DNA from: Octopus vulgaris
Lineage: Eukaryota
Assembly: GCA_951406725.2 (NCBI GenBank)
Contig: OX597833.1
Location: 34,720,001 to 34,784,000 of the forward strand
Direction: 5' to 3'
DNA length: 64,000 bases
Part shown: piece after piece, positions 45,619 to 59,609 of the stretch
How positions within the stretch are numbered: position 1 is the stretch's first letter
How the letters are laid out: each line of letters begins with the position of its first letter
Program-made: the position numbers and the translations under genes
The notes under the pieces: generated by a model
Database searches by the model: none
Seen by the model: the letters and a program-made list of their open reading frames with translations, nothing else
What the model was told of the DNA's origin: nothing

Positions 45619-48600
45619 TTTGTCCACACCTTTTAGAGTGTTGTTTTCATAACTAATAAATTTTATATTATATTTCATTGAACAATATTTTTGTTAGCAA
45701 CAGTGTCAAAGGCTTATATATGCCGCTCTGTGAAGTACAAAAACCACATAGAGTATATTTATTTGATAGCATGTTTTCAGAGGGGATTTTCCCACTCGCA
45801 TTTACATCTATTATCAACTCACATACACACACTACAGTTACTCTGATACTCCATTTTTCACCTATGACACTTGTCAAAATATTTTTTTTTTTCCATAGTT
45901 TCATGAAACATCATCATTTAACCTCCACTTTTTCATGCTTGTATGGGTTGGACAGAGTTTATTTGAGGCAGGATTTTTAGTTAGATGCCCTTTCTGTTGC
46001 CCACCCTCACCTGTTTCCAAGCAAGGTAATATTTTCCCATGGTCAAACATGTTCTTGCAGAATATTGGAAATAAATGGCATTGCATGTATGACAGTGACA
46101 CTCATTTACAACTATCACATGATGTCAATACAAGGAGACCCATGACTCATTCTCGCACTCAGACACACACATACATATACATGCATAATGAGCTTCTTTC
46201 AGTTTCCGTCTATCATTAGGCTTTGGTCAGCCTGAGACTATATAGTAGAAGGCACTTGCTCAAGGTGCTATACAGTGAGACTGAACCTAGAACCATGTAG
46301 TTGGGAAGCAAAGTTCTTCCCCACACATGTACTTCAACATGTATATGCAAATACTCATAAAAAAAAAACTCAAAAAAGTATAAAGAAAAAACAAAACAAA
46401 AAAACAACAATGATTCTACCTTCCACTGAATATAGCTGAGTGAGCAGAGATAAATTTTGCTTTGTTTCATTTGTTGGATCATCTTTTGGTAAAATATAAC
46501 CACAATAAATGGTAAGACAGAAAGTAACATCAATAGTTTATGAAATAGTTGTAATGTCCTTTACTGCAGAGAAAGGCTTTTATCTTTTTACTCTTACTTG
46601 TTTCAGTCATTTGACTATGACCATGCTGGGGCACCGCCTGTAGTCGAATAAATCGAGCCCAGGACTTATTCTTTGTAAGCCTAATACTTATTCTATTGGT
46701 CTCTTTTGCCAAACTGCTAAGTTATAGGGAAGTAGATGCACCAACATCAGTTGTCAAGTGATGGTGGTGGGACAAACACAGTCACACAAAACAATATGTA
46801 CATATATAACAGGTTTCTGTCTACCAAATCCACTCATGAGGCTTTGGTTGGCCTGAGGCTATATAGCAGACATTCGCCTAAGGTACCATGCAGTGGGACT
46901 GAACTTGGAACCATGTAGTTGGGAAGCAAGCTTCTTACCACACAACCACTCCTATGCCCCATCATTAGACAAATATTAAGAGCTGCAGTTATATCACTGA
47001 GCTAATGAACCAATGGTGAACTTCTGTGTGGATGTTCAATTTGCTAAAGATAATGACACTGTAAATGTAGTTTTAGTTATATATTATGTCTGTGTAAAAA
47101 AAATTAACTGACAAAAGAGTGGATTTAATTATGGGTCTGCTTGTTCAGAGATGACAAGGAGCTAAACAACACAGCTTGTATTGTGGGAGTCATTTGACCA
47201 ACTTGTATGAATGTAGAGTTGATAGTCTTTCTCTTTCATATGACATATTTCTACCAACCTCATACAATCAGCAACAGTATTTTTTCTCTCTGATCATTCA
47301 GATTACATTATCAAATGTTATGATTATATATTAACATTGTTTTAAACTAATCCTGTATTTTGTAGATTCAAGATTTTGAATGATATGATTGTTTACTTTT
47401 GGTACGACCTTGTAGGGTAGGACAGAATATTCAGGCCAGATATGACTGGTTTAAATGCTAAAGGGTTAAACATACAGAAAACTTAGTGTATAAAAATTGA
47501 CAGCTAAAAAAGACTATTAACCCCTTAACATTGAGGTTACTCTTTCAAATGAAATGCTTATTTATTCATTTTCATTTTGAATTAACAAGGCATTATCTCA
47601 TAGCTTCAAAATTTCAATGATGTGATTGTTTATTTTTACAATGTTGTTGGGTAAGTGTAAGAGACTGGATCTAGTTGAATATTTGAGCCAGTTTAAATGC
47701 TGAAGTGTGAAAGTTTGGTTTGCTTGATATATTTGTGACTAGTTGAATATAAATTCTCATTAGTTAAAGGTAAAAAATGCTGAATTTTAACCCTTTAGTA
47801 TTTAAACCAGCCATATCCAGTCCAAATATTCTTCCTGTTTCATGTTCAAACTACTTAGAACTGGCCTCTCACATCTACCCTACAGTGTCATTCCAAAAAT
47901 CTATCATGTCATTGATATATTTAAGTTACAAGAAAATGCAGCATTAATTCAAAACAATGTAAATAAATAAAGTTTATATTTAATAAAGTAATCTGAATGC
48001 TAAATTACCAAGATGTGTTAAATTATTAAGATTTAAAATTACTAAGTTATAGATTACTGAGACAGAACTAACCAATAAAAGTATCTAATGAATCCTAGGA
48101 AAGTAAGAAAACATTTGTAGCCTTTCAGTTTTGCACAAAGCATTTGTTGTACTGACAAGTTCTTACAAATAATCGGACCCTTATGAAATTTAAGGAAATG
48201 AATTCTGTGTTTCCAAGAATCTAATGCAACTCAACAATAGCTTGATAATTTAACTTTTTCTACCTTTGAAGCTTCTAAGAAAGAATAAAAAATGCAGAGA
48301 TTGTATGACAAAAGGAATGGTGTCTGTACTTGATAAATATTTCATTATCTCATGGATACAAGCCCTGTAGAAATAAATAAATGAATAAAATGGTCTCCTA
48401 CTGGTAGACAGTTGAAGAGGAATATATCTGCCCCCTCACCCAGTTGTTCTTAACCTAAACAGTAATGCTACTTTTGGGGGTGTTCTGTGCTCAGAGGAGA
48501 GAGGTGTTAGGTGTTGAGAGGGATCATGGTTTTTCTTTAAAATATATTTGAACTAGGAATAATACTTAGATTATTTTGAAAATGTATTTAAAATAATTTG

Positions 48601-49542
48601 TTGGGATTAGAATATGAGTAAGACAGTTTTATCAATGAGCAGAAACATGACAACATATTTCGTTATATGTTGTCACCTTTTTTTTTTTTTTATGATTTCC
48701 ATAAAGATTTAATGTATGGAGCACTAGTCTTTATAAATATCTAAAAAGAAACACTTGCTATATGAAACCCAACATCATCAATTAATATTTGTTTTCCATC
48801 CTGGCATGGGTTGAATGGTTCAAGAGGATCTGGCTAGCCTGAGGGCTGCATTGGTCTCCAGTGTCTGCTTTGGCATGCTTTCTATGGTTGAATACCCATC
48901 CTTACACCAACCACTTTACTGAGTGCTTTTTTGTGGCACTAGTGAGGTTACCAAGTAATTTGCAGACAGAATTTGTTGAAGCAGATTTTCAATAGCCAGA
49001 TACCCTTCCTGTCACCAACACAGACCTGTTTCCAAGCAATGTAATACTCTAGTTTATTGAACAATGAACACCCCAAATAGTCACAAGCCAACTTTTGTTT
49101 ACAAGGATTATACAACATATCAAGAAGCTCAGATGTGCTTTCATGGTTGATTGCAAGCATATGATACCACCTGTTTTTGTTAGTAGGGCTGTTATTTTTG
49201 TTTATTGCCAATGAACACTTATGACAAGGAGAAAATACAAAATTACACAAACATGTATGCACTCATATTTTATCTTGAAGGGTTTAGTCAAACAAATTGA
49301 CACTTGGACTTACCTTTTCACTTTTTGCTGAACTGCCCTATCACAACACTAGTGAAGGTGGAAGGGGAACAAATACAAATATGATGGGTTTTTTTCAGTT
49401 TCCTTCTACTAAATCCATTCACAAGACTTTAGTCAGCCAGTGAAAGACATGCCCAAGGTGCTGTGCAGTGGGACTGAACCTAAGACCTCATGATTGAAAA
49501 GCAAGCTTCTACCAAATAGCCACACCTGCATAAGCCTGTTGG

Positions 49543-49573
<31 letters not shown>

Positions 49574-49584
49574 ATGATCTTACA

Positions 49585-50005
49585 GATCCAATATCTGGAG
49601 GGGCTATGTCTTGGAAATTTGGTTTCCCTTCATGGCAGAATTAATAGTCAAGTCTATTTAAGCATTTTATCTGTTCAAATTCATCCTATGTTTGCGGAAC
49701 TGTTTCCAGAGAGAAATGCAATCTTTCAGGATGATAATGCACCAATTCAGACAGCCAAAATTGTTACTGAATGGCACAAGGAACATTCTAGTGAAGTTGA
49801 ACATCTTATCTGGCCACCAGTCCCCATATCTCTTTGATATCCTACACCATCATCACTACAAGAACTGGAGACTGTTTTGTCTGAAGAATGGACAAAAATT
49901 CCTTTAGAATTCAAGCTGTAATTACTGCCAAAGGCGGTCTTACTCCATATTAAAATAAATTTGTTTGAAATTTTAAGGTGTTTCCATTATTTTGTCCAAC
50001 CCCTG
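49585..50005 (+). mobile_element. Tc1-like transposase 3' fragment with right terminus
   Basis: LHGRINSQVYLSIL...IFQDDNAPIQTAK...HLIWPP; ends GTTTCCATTATTTTGTCCAACCCCTG. Confidence 0.85.
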
Positions 50006-51949
50006 CATGTGTGTGATGAATTAAAAAAGAAAGGCAAAACATGAGTGGGACAACTTTTTACAAAGGTATTATTAGTTGCATGTTTGGAAAAAAAAGAAAA
50101 AAGGTTTTTGATGTTTTGACATGAAGTCCTTCATCAGAAAAAATGAAGAGGAAATGGGAGGGTGGTGGAAAGGTGAGACGAAAAAAAAAACTGTGAGAAT
50201 GCTGTTCTATGGAGAGGAGTTAAGAAGTGAGCATTGTGTACATATAAAGGAGATGGCCATAGGGGTTTGTGAGCGGTGTAGGGTACATTGACTGGCAGGA
50301 GGTGAGTGGAGTGCAGTGAGATGTGAATGTGTAAGAGGTGAGGCGGCATAGAAGTAGAAAAAATAGTGAGACAAAATAGTTAAAGAAGGTACTGGAAGAA
50401 GAAAAGTTACAAAGTGGATAAAGGTGGGAAAATATATAGGTGAAAAAATTTGAATGTGGAAGAGTAAGTAAAAATGCAGAGAAAAGGAGAACAGAATGGT
50501 TAAGAAGTATATATAATGTTTGTGATTACAGAAAAATTGAAACTTGCAAAAGGGACAGAGGATTATGAAGAGGTTATAAAGAAAGGTATTATTTTAGTGA
50601 AAACAGATATAAGTACAGAGAAAGATAGAATTGTTTTTGAGTCATTAAAATGGAATAGGAGGGATTATATTTCAATTGGAAAAGAGGAGTTAAAAATAAT
50701 AGTTATATAAACTGATGATAAAAATTTCAGAGATATTTTAGTGATAGGTGTAGGACTAAGTTAGCTCCCCTTATACGCAAAAGAGTTATCTCCCTGTTTT
50801 TAGATTTTGCTGCCTCTTGTATTTGAGCTATTTGTAAAATGTTCACAACAAATACCAGAAACAGAAAAATTAACTATCAAGAAATTTTATTTGTGTTGTT
50901 AAATTCAGATATATTATTCGAGTGAATGATCCACATTATTAACTGATGAATGCCACTTCTATAAAAACGAGACGACAAAACAAAAAAGAAGTTCTAGAGG
51001 CCCTTGTTTTCCCCTAGCACAAGCCTGATCATTCCAACTGTGACCACCCTTTCTTTCTAGGACTCTATTATCAGACGTGTTTTATTTTGTCAAATATTTA
51101 GGGCAGTGGTTCTGAATCTTTCTATCTTGGTGGTACTTTGGAGATCAAATAAAAACATTACTGGTTCACTTTGTGTTAAAATAAACAACAAAAGACATTG
51201 AAATGAATTTAAATATAAGACAACTTTAGCCATGAGAGTGAACTGTAGAACTAAATAATTAATTGTTAGTTCACTACTTCTGATTCGCACTGTGTTGTGC
51301 GTGAAATATTAAAAAAAAAACATACAGAAAATTATAACTTACCTTACTTTATTACTCATAATTGTATGTGATGAAATTATGAATAACACCTTTTTCAAGG
51401 TACTCCATTCATAAAAATTTCTAAAACTTTAAATTATATTTAAACAACCAAGAAAGAATTTCATCATATGCTAGACTTTTTTGGTGCTGGTGGTGGTTCA
51501 GCAAAAATGACCAATAGAATAAGTTCTAGGCTTCAAAAAAATAAGGGCCGATTTGTTTGACTAAACCCTTCAAGGCTGTGCCCCAGCATGGCCACAGTCA
51601 AATGAAACAAGTAAACGATGTCATTATACTTGGGGATGATCATATTTTTCCAATTCAACACACATACTATAAATTTGGTCTTCACTTCAGCTTTATTATT
51701 ATCATTTTAGTTTCTTTGTGTCAAATCTCTTTCGTCACATATTCTGTGACCTCTTCAACGACTCTTTATCCCATGTGTTTCCTCTTGTTCTGCTTATTCC
51801 ATTTGGAAGAGTTTTGACAAAGAAACTAAAATAATAAAATTAAAGCTGAAGTGAAGATAAATAATGCGTGTGTTTAATTGGCAAAAGATGACTATCACCA
51901 GATATAACAATACCTTCCAGCATCAATCGGTCCTCTCCATTACATCTCA

Positions 51950-52870
51950 TATTTAAATCATCAGGAGATTGGTGTCTCTGCAGCGATTACAGATGTTTGA
52001 ATGCCATAACAGTGCCAAACTATTATCTGATCCCTCATGTGCACTATTTTTTTGCTTCTTTGCACAGTTATACTATTTTCTCAGAAATTGATTTGGTACG
52101 TGCATATAACCAAATTCCTATAGAGCTTGTGAACATTCCTAAAACTGCCACCACTACTCCTTTCGAGTTATTTGAATTTGCTTGAATACTTTTCAGGTTA
52201 TGTAAGGCTGCTAGTACCTTTCAACAGTTTTCAACAGATGAAGGCACTTGTCGTTTGAATTTCGTTTTCCCCTATACTGATAATTTATTGATAGCTAGTT
52301 CTACAGAAGAATATTTAGAACATCTGCAACAACTTTTTATGTGCCCGTTGTAATACAAATTTGGCATCAATCTCAGTAAATGTCTTTTTGGTGTTTCTTC
52401 TCTTAATTTTCTCAGACATACCATTGATAAAGTTGGGATAATCCTTTACCATCTAAAGTGGAAGCTATTCATAATTACCTATTCCTCGTTCCTTATGAAA
52501 ATTGTGAGAATTTCTTGAACTAGACCAGTGGTTCCCAACCTGTTGTCTGTGGACTCCTGGTGGTCTGCAAAGGTAGCACTAGGGGTCCATGAACATGTTA
52601 AGCTGATTGATCCTGGAGTCCATGAGAAAACTCATTTAAATAAAAGGGATCCTTGGTAGTGAAAAGGTTGGGAACCACTGAACTAGACTGCTAGCATCGA
52701 TCTGGTTAAGAGAGCATTTTTGGATCCATCTACCGAGCAAGGACATTCTTCTTCTTCTCCTCCTCTATATGTTGACCCACCACCTGCAGATCCTACACAT
52801 CCCAGTTTGTGTTACGCAAAGTGGAATAAAATGTACATTGGCCAGCCAAGTCTGTACAAACATTTTATTT
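51950..52870 (+). mobile_element. Ty3/Gypsy pol remnant (RT and integrase C-terminus)
   Basis: DYRCLNAITVP...IFSEIDLVRAYNQIP...IPKTATTTPFELFEF...YTDNLLIASS...INLSKCLFG; after the MITE, SIDLVKRAF...TQSG..VHWPAK. Confidence 0.85.
52526..52680. mobile_element. hAT (Charlie/Buster-type) MITE
   Basis: 16-bp TIR CAGTGGTTCCCAACCT / AGGTTGGGAACCACTG with perfect 8-bp TSD AACTAGAC (52518-52525, 52681-52688). Confidence 0.92.
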
Positions 52871-54080
52871 TTAATTCTGTGGTTTATACTGCAGTTATTG
52901 GTTAATGCATTCTGTGCACATTATTTTTTTTTTGTACCCAACCTTTTTCATCAGTTTTGATGTATTTTTCTATATATACTGATTTATTGCCATTTGTTCA
53001 CTTTTTTTTTATAACCTTCAAGATCAGTCTGACATTTCACTTTTCAACCATCTGCACCTATTTGTACGTTCATTTTTTATATAATTTGCACATTACATTT
53101 TTTGCCTATATTTTGGCATTTTCTTTGTACATTCTGCTACACCCATTTTTTAAAATCTTTGTTGTACATTTTTCTGCAACAAATGTTCTCGCATGGGAGT
53201 TCTGTAGCAGAACTGTTTAACACATTCATTTTATTGTAATATTAGACATCTTGTCAATTTGGCTGTTTTAACCTTAATACTGGAGAATTGGTTCACCAGA
53301 ACTTGTCTTAGCATCATGACCCAGTTGTTGGCCAATTTAGTTGCAGGTATTGGTCAGATTTTACTGTCCGATTGTGTGTTTGCAACAGAGTTTGTTCCCA
53401 ACACAGGAAAAACCAATTTTTACCTGTGGAGCCTACCCATGGTTATATAAACATGAGTTTCTGCTGTGCTTTGTCTTTGGACCAGCCGCTAATGACAAAC
53501 ACCAGCCAGTCTCACAGCTTTCTTCATCCAGTGTCACCTGTCTTCATCATAGCGGCAACAGTAGACTACAGCCACATTATTGGACCTAACAGAACTGAAG
53601 TCATTTGAATGTTTGTTCCAGACTGTAGCATTAACATCATTCCCTTTGGCAACCTTCTGTTATTATTTTCAATTTATTAAAATCTTATCGCTCTTCTTTC
53701 CACATCATATCATCATAAATGTTGACCTAGGAACATCTTCACATTATACCCTCTTTAGTTTTTGAAATTCCTAGAAAAAAAAAAACGTCTTTAAAGAAAT
53801 TCTCTGGGCTTTTGTAATCTGATAACTAACAGGTATCCAATAAAAATTTCGTCAGATGCCTTCTTATATATTCTGTCCAATTTAGAGTTGGTTGAATCAG
53901 AATTATCACATTCTTCAATATACTCAAAGATGCTGAAGTTTGCACAACCTATTGTTTTGTACAGTATTGTGTCCTCATAGTTTTTAATGTAATTCTGAAA
54001 AAACCAAAAAAACCTAATGTTGATGATCCTTGGGTGAGCCAGAGTCAATGTCTAAGCATTTAGACATCCATGCTGTCTCA

Positions 54081-54635
54081 TGAAGGCACATGGCTTAGTG
54101 GTTCAGGTATTCAGCTGATGATCATACGGTCGTGAGTTTGATTCCCAGCGGTGCATTGTGCTCTTGAGCAAGACGCTTTATTTCTTGTTGCCACAGTACA
54201 TTCAGCTGGCAAAAATGAGTAGTATCTGTATTTCAAAGGACCAACCTTGTCAAATTCTGTGTCATGCTGAATCTCCCCAAGAACTACTTTAACCCTTTAG
54301 TGTTCAGATTATTCTGTCAAATGTGATGTTTGTTTATTTAAAATGGTTTGAATTAATCATGAATTATCTTGTAGTTTAGAGATTTCAGTGATGCGATTTT
54401 TTTAGTTTTAGAATGAGATTGTAGGGCTGAGGTGAGAGGCGAGATCTGGTCAGTTTCAATATAAAAGAGGTTAAATATTTTGGCCAGATATGGCTGGTTT
54501 GAATGCTAAGGGGTTAAGGGTATGCATGAAAGTGGAGTGCTCAGCCACTTGCACGTTAATTTCATGAGCAGGCAGCTGTTCCCCTGATCGGATCAACTCG
54601 AACCCTTGTCATTGTAACTGACAGATTGCCAGTTT
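54081..54635 (+). mobile_element. tRNA-derived SINE interrupted by a piggyBac MITE (54289-54517)
   Basis: A box TGGCTTAGTGG, B-box-like GTTTGATTCC, CTTGAGCAAGACGCTTTA core; TTAA-flanked MITE inside. Confidence 0.75.
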
Positions 54636-56919
54636 CTTTTTAAATTCTTGATAAAAGTTGTATAAGTTGTAATGGAAACAAAAAGAAAACTAGGTGGCTA
54701 CTTTCCAATCTTTATTCAGCTAAATGATGCAGTTACAGTTTTGTTTCACATAGTTTATTAATGGAATATGTACAGAAGAATTTGATATTGTGTAAGTTTC
54801 TTTATACTATAGCTGCCAGACTACTTCCGCTTTTAAGTATGGAAACCCATATCCATGTACACTAATTAAGAGTAAAAGTGCAGTCTTCTTGAAACTGTCA
54901 TTCCGCAAACTCCATTTCTTTTTATGATCTGAAAATGCAAAACCTCTTTTTGTAAAAAATACTCCTTTTAACAACTATATCTCTTTTAAATACTTCAAAA
55001 CAGTACTGAATTATCTGTTGTTCAAGTTACTCATCCACAGTGCTTTTATTTGTCTTTATTTTTATTCACTATAACATCGCCTTCCTACATTCCAAGCTGT
55101 CTATGATTTCATACAGTTCTAAGATTCAGTCAGAAAATTATTCTTTTATAGATGACGCATGGGTTTTAAAAAACAGTTTGCAAAGAAAATGGTACATATA
55201 GCCATTGCTACTTTAAGTAAACCAACCAAGCTCTCATCACATTCTGACGATTTTTTCAATCTTTTTTTCACTGTATATACTTGAAAAACATGTTTTGCTA
55301 CTTGAAAATCCTACTAGATTAGTTAAAAAACATAAACAGTTCCTTTTTATTTTAAAATAAAACTGATATCTTGCATTAAATAATTTTGTATAAAATCTTT
55401 ATCAACTGTTATGTGCCAGTATGTGATGTCAGCACATTCTTTGAAACCACTAAATTGGTTAATGTGTTTACCCTGGCTTTTCATGCTCTGCATTTAATCC
55501 CCTGTATTCACCAATTGTGTCAAAAATGTCAACTGTGGATTAAAGATTGCTAGAAAGAACTACCATCGTCTGTGTACTATGATTTGTTTCTGTCAACTGT
55601 TGGTGTTGACAAACTTAGAATTGCAAAATAGTTTAATAGATTTTTGATGTTTTTTGACATTTGCAGTCTTGCTATCCACTTAAGTACTTTTGTGAATCTC
55701 TGTTACGTAACCCCATAGTCTGTCAACTAAGAAGTACCTAAACGTTCAGTTATATCTTTCAAATTTTTGTTTTTGTGCATCAATAACATGTAAACTGTTA
55801 CTCTTAGCCACAATGATGGAGATGAAAATATCTTTTACACTTCAGTATACTTGCATTCAAAGCATCATACACATAAAAGTTAAATTATATCTTGCAAAAC
55901 ATTCATTACTTATTTGAATATAGATTTAAAAACATTTAATGAGACATGGTAACCCTGTCTCTACATTATCTAAATACAATTGCAGCACATAAATAAATAT
56001 ACAACAAATTATCATTTCAACTTAATAACAACTAATTGTCCAAACCCTCAAAGTCACTGTAAATCATGTACCTGTAACATAGCCAAAATGAAATCCTGAA
56101 TATCAGGGTTTCACTTCAAAGGTAAGTATTTCATCCTTGATATTTCCTGGCCCTCAAAAGACTATAAATTTCCCACAAATTAGACTACTGCCAACATATT
56201 GGAGTTGCACCATGGTTAATTACACAAATATTTGAGATAGCATTGAAAAAATCACCCAACTGCTAGGCGAATGTTAACTTGCTGATATACAACAGCAATT
56301 TGCATTTTACATCTGTTAAGAGTCTCAGCTACTTTTGAACTAGCAAATCATGGTATCCATATCAATATCTCTGCTTGCTAACTTCTTGTTATCTTTAGTG
56401 TCTCTCATCTACAGACCCATTAAACACTGTCCTATCATTCCTCTTCAGAGCTGTGAACTTCTGTGATTCCTTCTTTGCTCAAATTTTGATTGCAGATACT
56501 GACCAATGGAAGTTCAAGCTGAATGCCAATCCCAATGATCTACCTTATCAAACTTTGAGGCCTAGAAGAGTTTAAAGGACTATTCTACCTTCTTGGAGTG
56601 TTAAAGAAAAAACAACAAAGCTTATTTACTAATGTGGAGAACAGCTATGCAGTAGATGTAAATGACTTGTCTAAAGTTGTGGAGAATAACAGCTTTGGTA
56701 AACTGATGAAATACAGTTTCAGCCAGGTCTAGGGTTGGGTTACAGATATTTGTCATGCAATAGTTAGTTGATCAAACTGAGATATGTTTCTTATTTTACT
56801 ATCTTGTCTGAGACATGTAATTGAAAGCTTCAGTTTTACAGCAGTAAAGCAAGACAAAGTGTACTAGGTCAGTGTACAACAGTGTTCCTTCCTTGTGAGT
56901 TATTAAATGCAAGCAAATA

Positions 56920-57325
56920 TCAGGTCATCCCATAAGTTCTGTCCGAATTTTGAATAAAGAAAACAAGCGATCAAATGTTATATTTAATTGAAATTTAATC
57001 ATCAATGTACTTTCACTGATTATCTATGACTTACTTCCATCTATTTACAAGCTTTTTAATCCCATCAATGTAAAACTCTTGGTTTCAAAGCGAAGAACTC
57101 TGAAATGTCAGCTTTGACCTCCTGGTTTGTGAAAGTTATGTCACCCAAATGATTCTGTAAACTATGAAACAAATGGTAGTCTGAAGGAGCAAGGTTGGGA
57201 GAATAAGGTGGATGAGGAATTTTTTTCCAACCAAGCTCTTCGATCTTCTGTGATGTGATTTTTGCAGTGTTGGGTTGTGCATTGTCCTGATGAAACATCA
57301 CTCCTTTTTGATTCACTTCCACCAT
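56920..57325 (-). mobile_element. Mariner transposase 3' fragment with TIR
   Basis: FHQDNAQPNTAK...HPPYSPNLAPSDYHLF; terminus TA|TCAGGTCATCCCATAAGTTCTGTCCG. Confidence 0.9.
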
Positions 57326-58600
57326 GGAAAGAAATGTTTTGAGGTGAAAAAATGCGTTTCAATGATGGGAAACATGTTCTCTCAGATAGTGCTATTGTGA
57401 AATATTTTATCAAAGGCTTACCACAAGAAATTGTGAGAGAAACGAAATCAGAATTTTGAAAGAAATATCTTTAATTGAAGAAAAATATGATAGGAGAGAA
57501 AAATAATAAAATCTCTTACTTTTTCCTCTCTATTACAGCACCTTTTCTACCTAGTATAATATGTATATATATATATGGTTTTGTCATGTTCTTGAGATGA
57601 AAATATGTAATTCAATTTAATGGGAAACAATGGTGAAATCAAGTAAGTGTTAATAAATTCTTGGTTTTCTTTTAATTTATTTAATCTTTATTATGCATAT
57701 AAAATTTTATTTTAATAGAATGGCAAAAGCATGGAAAAAAAATGTAATTTTGGGGTGAAAAATTTGATAAAAAGGCAGTAAATATGGTTTCTTTACTTTT
57801 TGTGTTATAAGAAAAAGGAAAAAGATTTTACAGAATGGCATAAGAGAAAAAGAAACACCCACCCCACAAAATATGGATGAAAAATAATGAAAAAGTAAAA
57901 AACAAAAGATTCATCATAATTGTTGAAAATTACAATGAAGGGGGTGGAGTGTGTGTGTGTGTGGGGTAATTATTTTTTTGTAAATGTGAATTAAGAATGT
58001 ATCAAAGTTGAATGCTATAAAGTGCAAAAAAAAAAAAAAATCGAAGCTGTTATTGCTAAGGCACAATGGCATGACACTGTGAGATTTGGGTGGAAGAAGG
58101 CAGGATGTCGAGACATTTGGAAGACATAGATTTTGCAAAGAGTATTTTTTAAAAGAATTATTTACAAGTGTTTTGTAATGTGTGATATTATAAAATGTTG
58201 AAGCATCTTGAAAAAAAAAAAAAATGAAGAAATTCCATTTTATTTGTGACAACTATTCAGAAACTTTTCTGGTGCTTCTTAATTTCCTAAGCCCCATGAA
58301 AATAAAACTTTGCCTCATTGGAAAGAAAATTTTAATTAAAAACTTCTAATTTATTTTGATGGAGTCTCTGTAACCATTTGATCTGCTAGAAATCACAACT
58401 AAATCTACCTATAACTACACTCAACTTAGCACAAAACAAAATACAGGCATTCTCTGTGTTACGGCTACCTCAGCTAACAAGATTTCATGCTTATGGAAAT
58501 TGTAAAGTATGACCAATAATTTTGGGATAGAGTTGGTAATTCACAAAAACTTCATGATAGTCTTCCAGTGTAATGACGAACAAGAATAAAATGAAAAAAA

Positions 58601-59413
58601 AAGGCATCAGATGGGCAATGCATACCCTGCACGCAGATAAATTTTTCTGTAAATTATAGTTTGGCTTACAATGCGTTGCTTACCCATGCTTTTTAATTGA
58701 ACTGAATTTTTTTTTCTTTCAAGTATCACCATTATAGGTATTTATACACCAGTGAAATTAAGAAATCAACTCATAAATATAAAAAATCCTCGAATCCATC
58801 AGTGTACACATAAACACAGTCACATATCGATGTATGTATTTATGTATGTACGCACATGTCTACATGCACAGGTACTCCATGATCTATATGCAAGCAGACA
58901 AGGGTTGATTCATATGAAAAAGAAAGTGAACAAAATAATATGACTACTTGCTTATCGGGAAATTCATAGGTTTGATTTTAAAAAGATTCTTTTTTCTAAG
59001 TATCATCATACTTGTACTCCAGTGAAATTAAGAAACCAAGTAATAAGTAAACAAAACCCTCGAATCCATCACTGTACATATGCAGTCGCACATCTATGAA
59101 TGTATACATGTATCTACCCGTATAGGTACAACATGATCTATACATATGCAGATGAGGGTCAATTCATATGGAAAAGAAAGTGAACAAAATAATATGGCCA
59201 CTTGCTTATCAGGAAATTTGTAAGTTCAATTAAAATTTTTTTGTTTATTTTCTAAGATAATCAAACCAAATGTTCATCATTTTAAGCTACTCACCCAATG
59301 TGTATTTCTGCCAAAATGTGAAAATCTGTTCAGCCATTTTCCAGTAATTTTGCAAATACACAAAGACAAGCGGTTACAATACCCTGCTTTCACTTACGCA
59401 TACAGGGTAATAA
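58601..59413 (-). mobile_element. Helentron-associated interspersed element (HINE/DINE-1-like) with two ~270-bp internal tandem units
   Basis: Minus strand 5' TTATTACCCTGTATGC...GCAGGGTATT; core GGCTGAACAGATTTTCACATTTTGGCAG; 3' subTIR GCGTGCAGGGTAT then a GCATT...GATGC hairpin and T-run; diverged units ~58710-58990 and ~58990-59255. Confidence 0.75.
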
Positions 59414-59609
59414 CAAATTTTAAATATCTGAAAATAAAATTAACAAAATTGAAGTATAAAAATGTTAATCTATTGTGTATGGAGTGCTTAAAATTGAAAT
59501 AAAGCTTTAGGCAAGGATATAAAACCTGTTTGCAGTATCAAAATTTGCTTCAAGATTAGTGTTGGATGAGTCTGAGTTCTCATCCTTATACCTTTTGTAT
59601 TTTTTGAGA

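Noticed and set aside
48648-48691. 11-bp hairpin followed by a T-run, like an intrinsic terminator
   Set aside because: AT-rich stem in animal intergenic DNA with no upstream transcription unit; likely chance or repeat debris.
54081-54150. tRNA-like A and B boxes (also at ~45345-45411)
   Set aside because: No cloverleaf; continues into SINE body sequence present in several copies.
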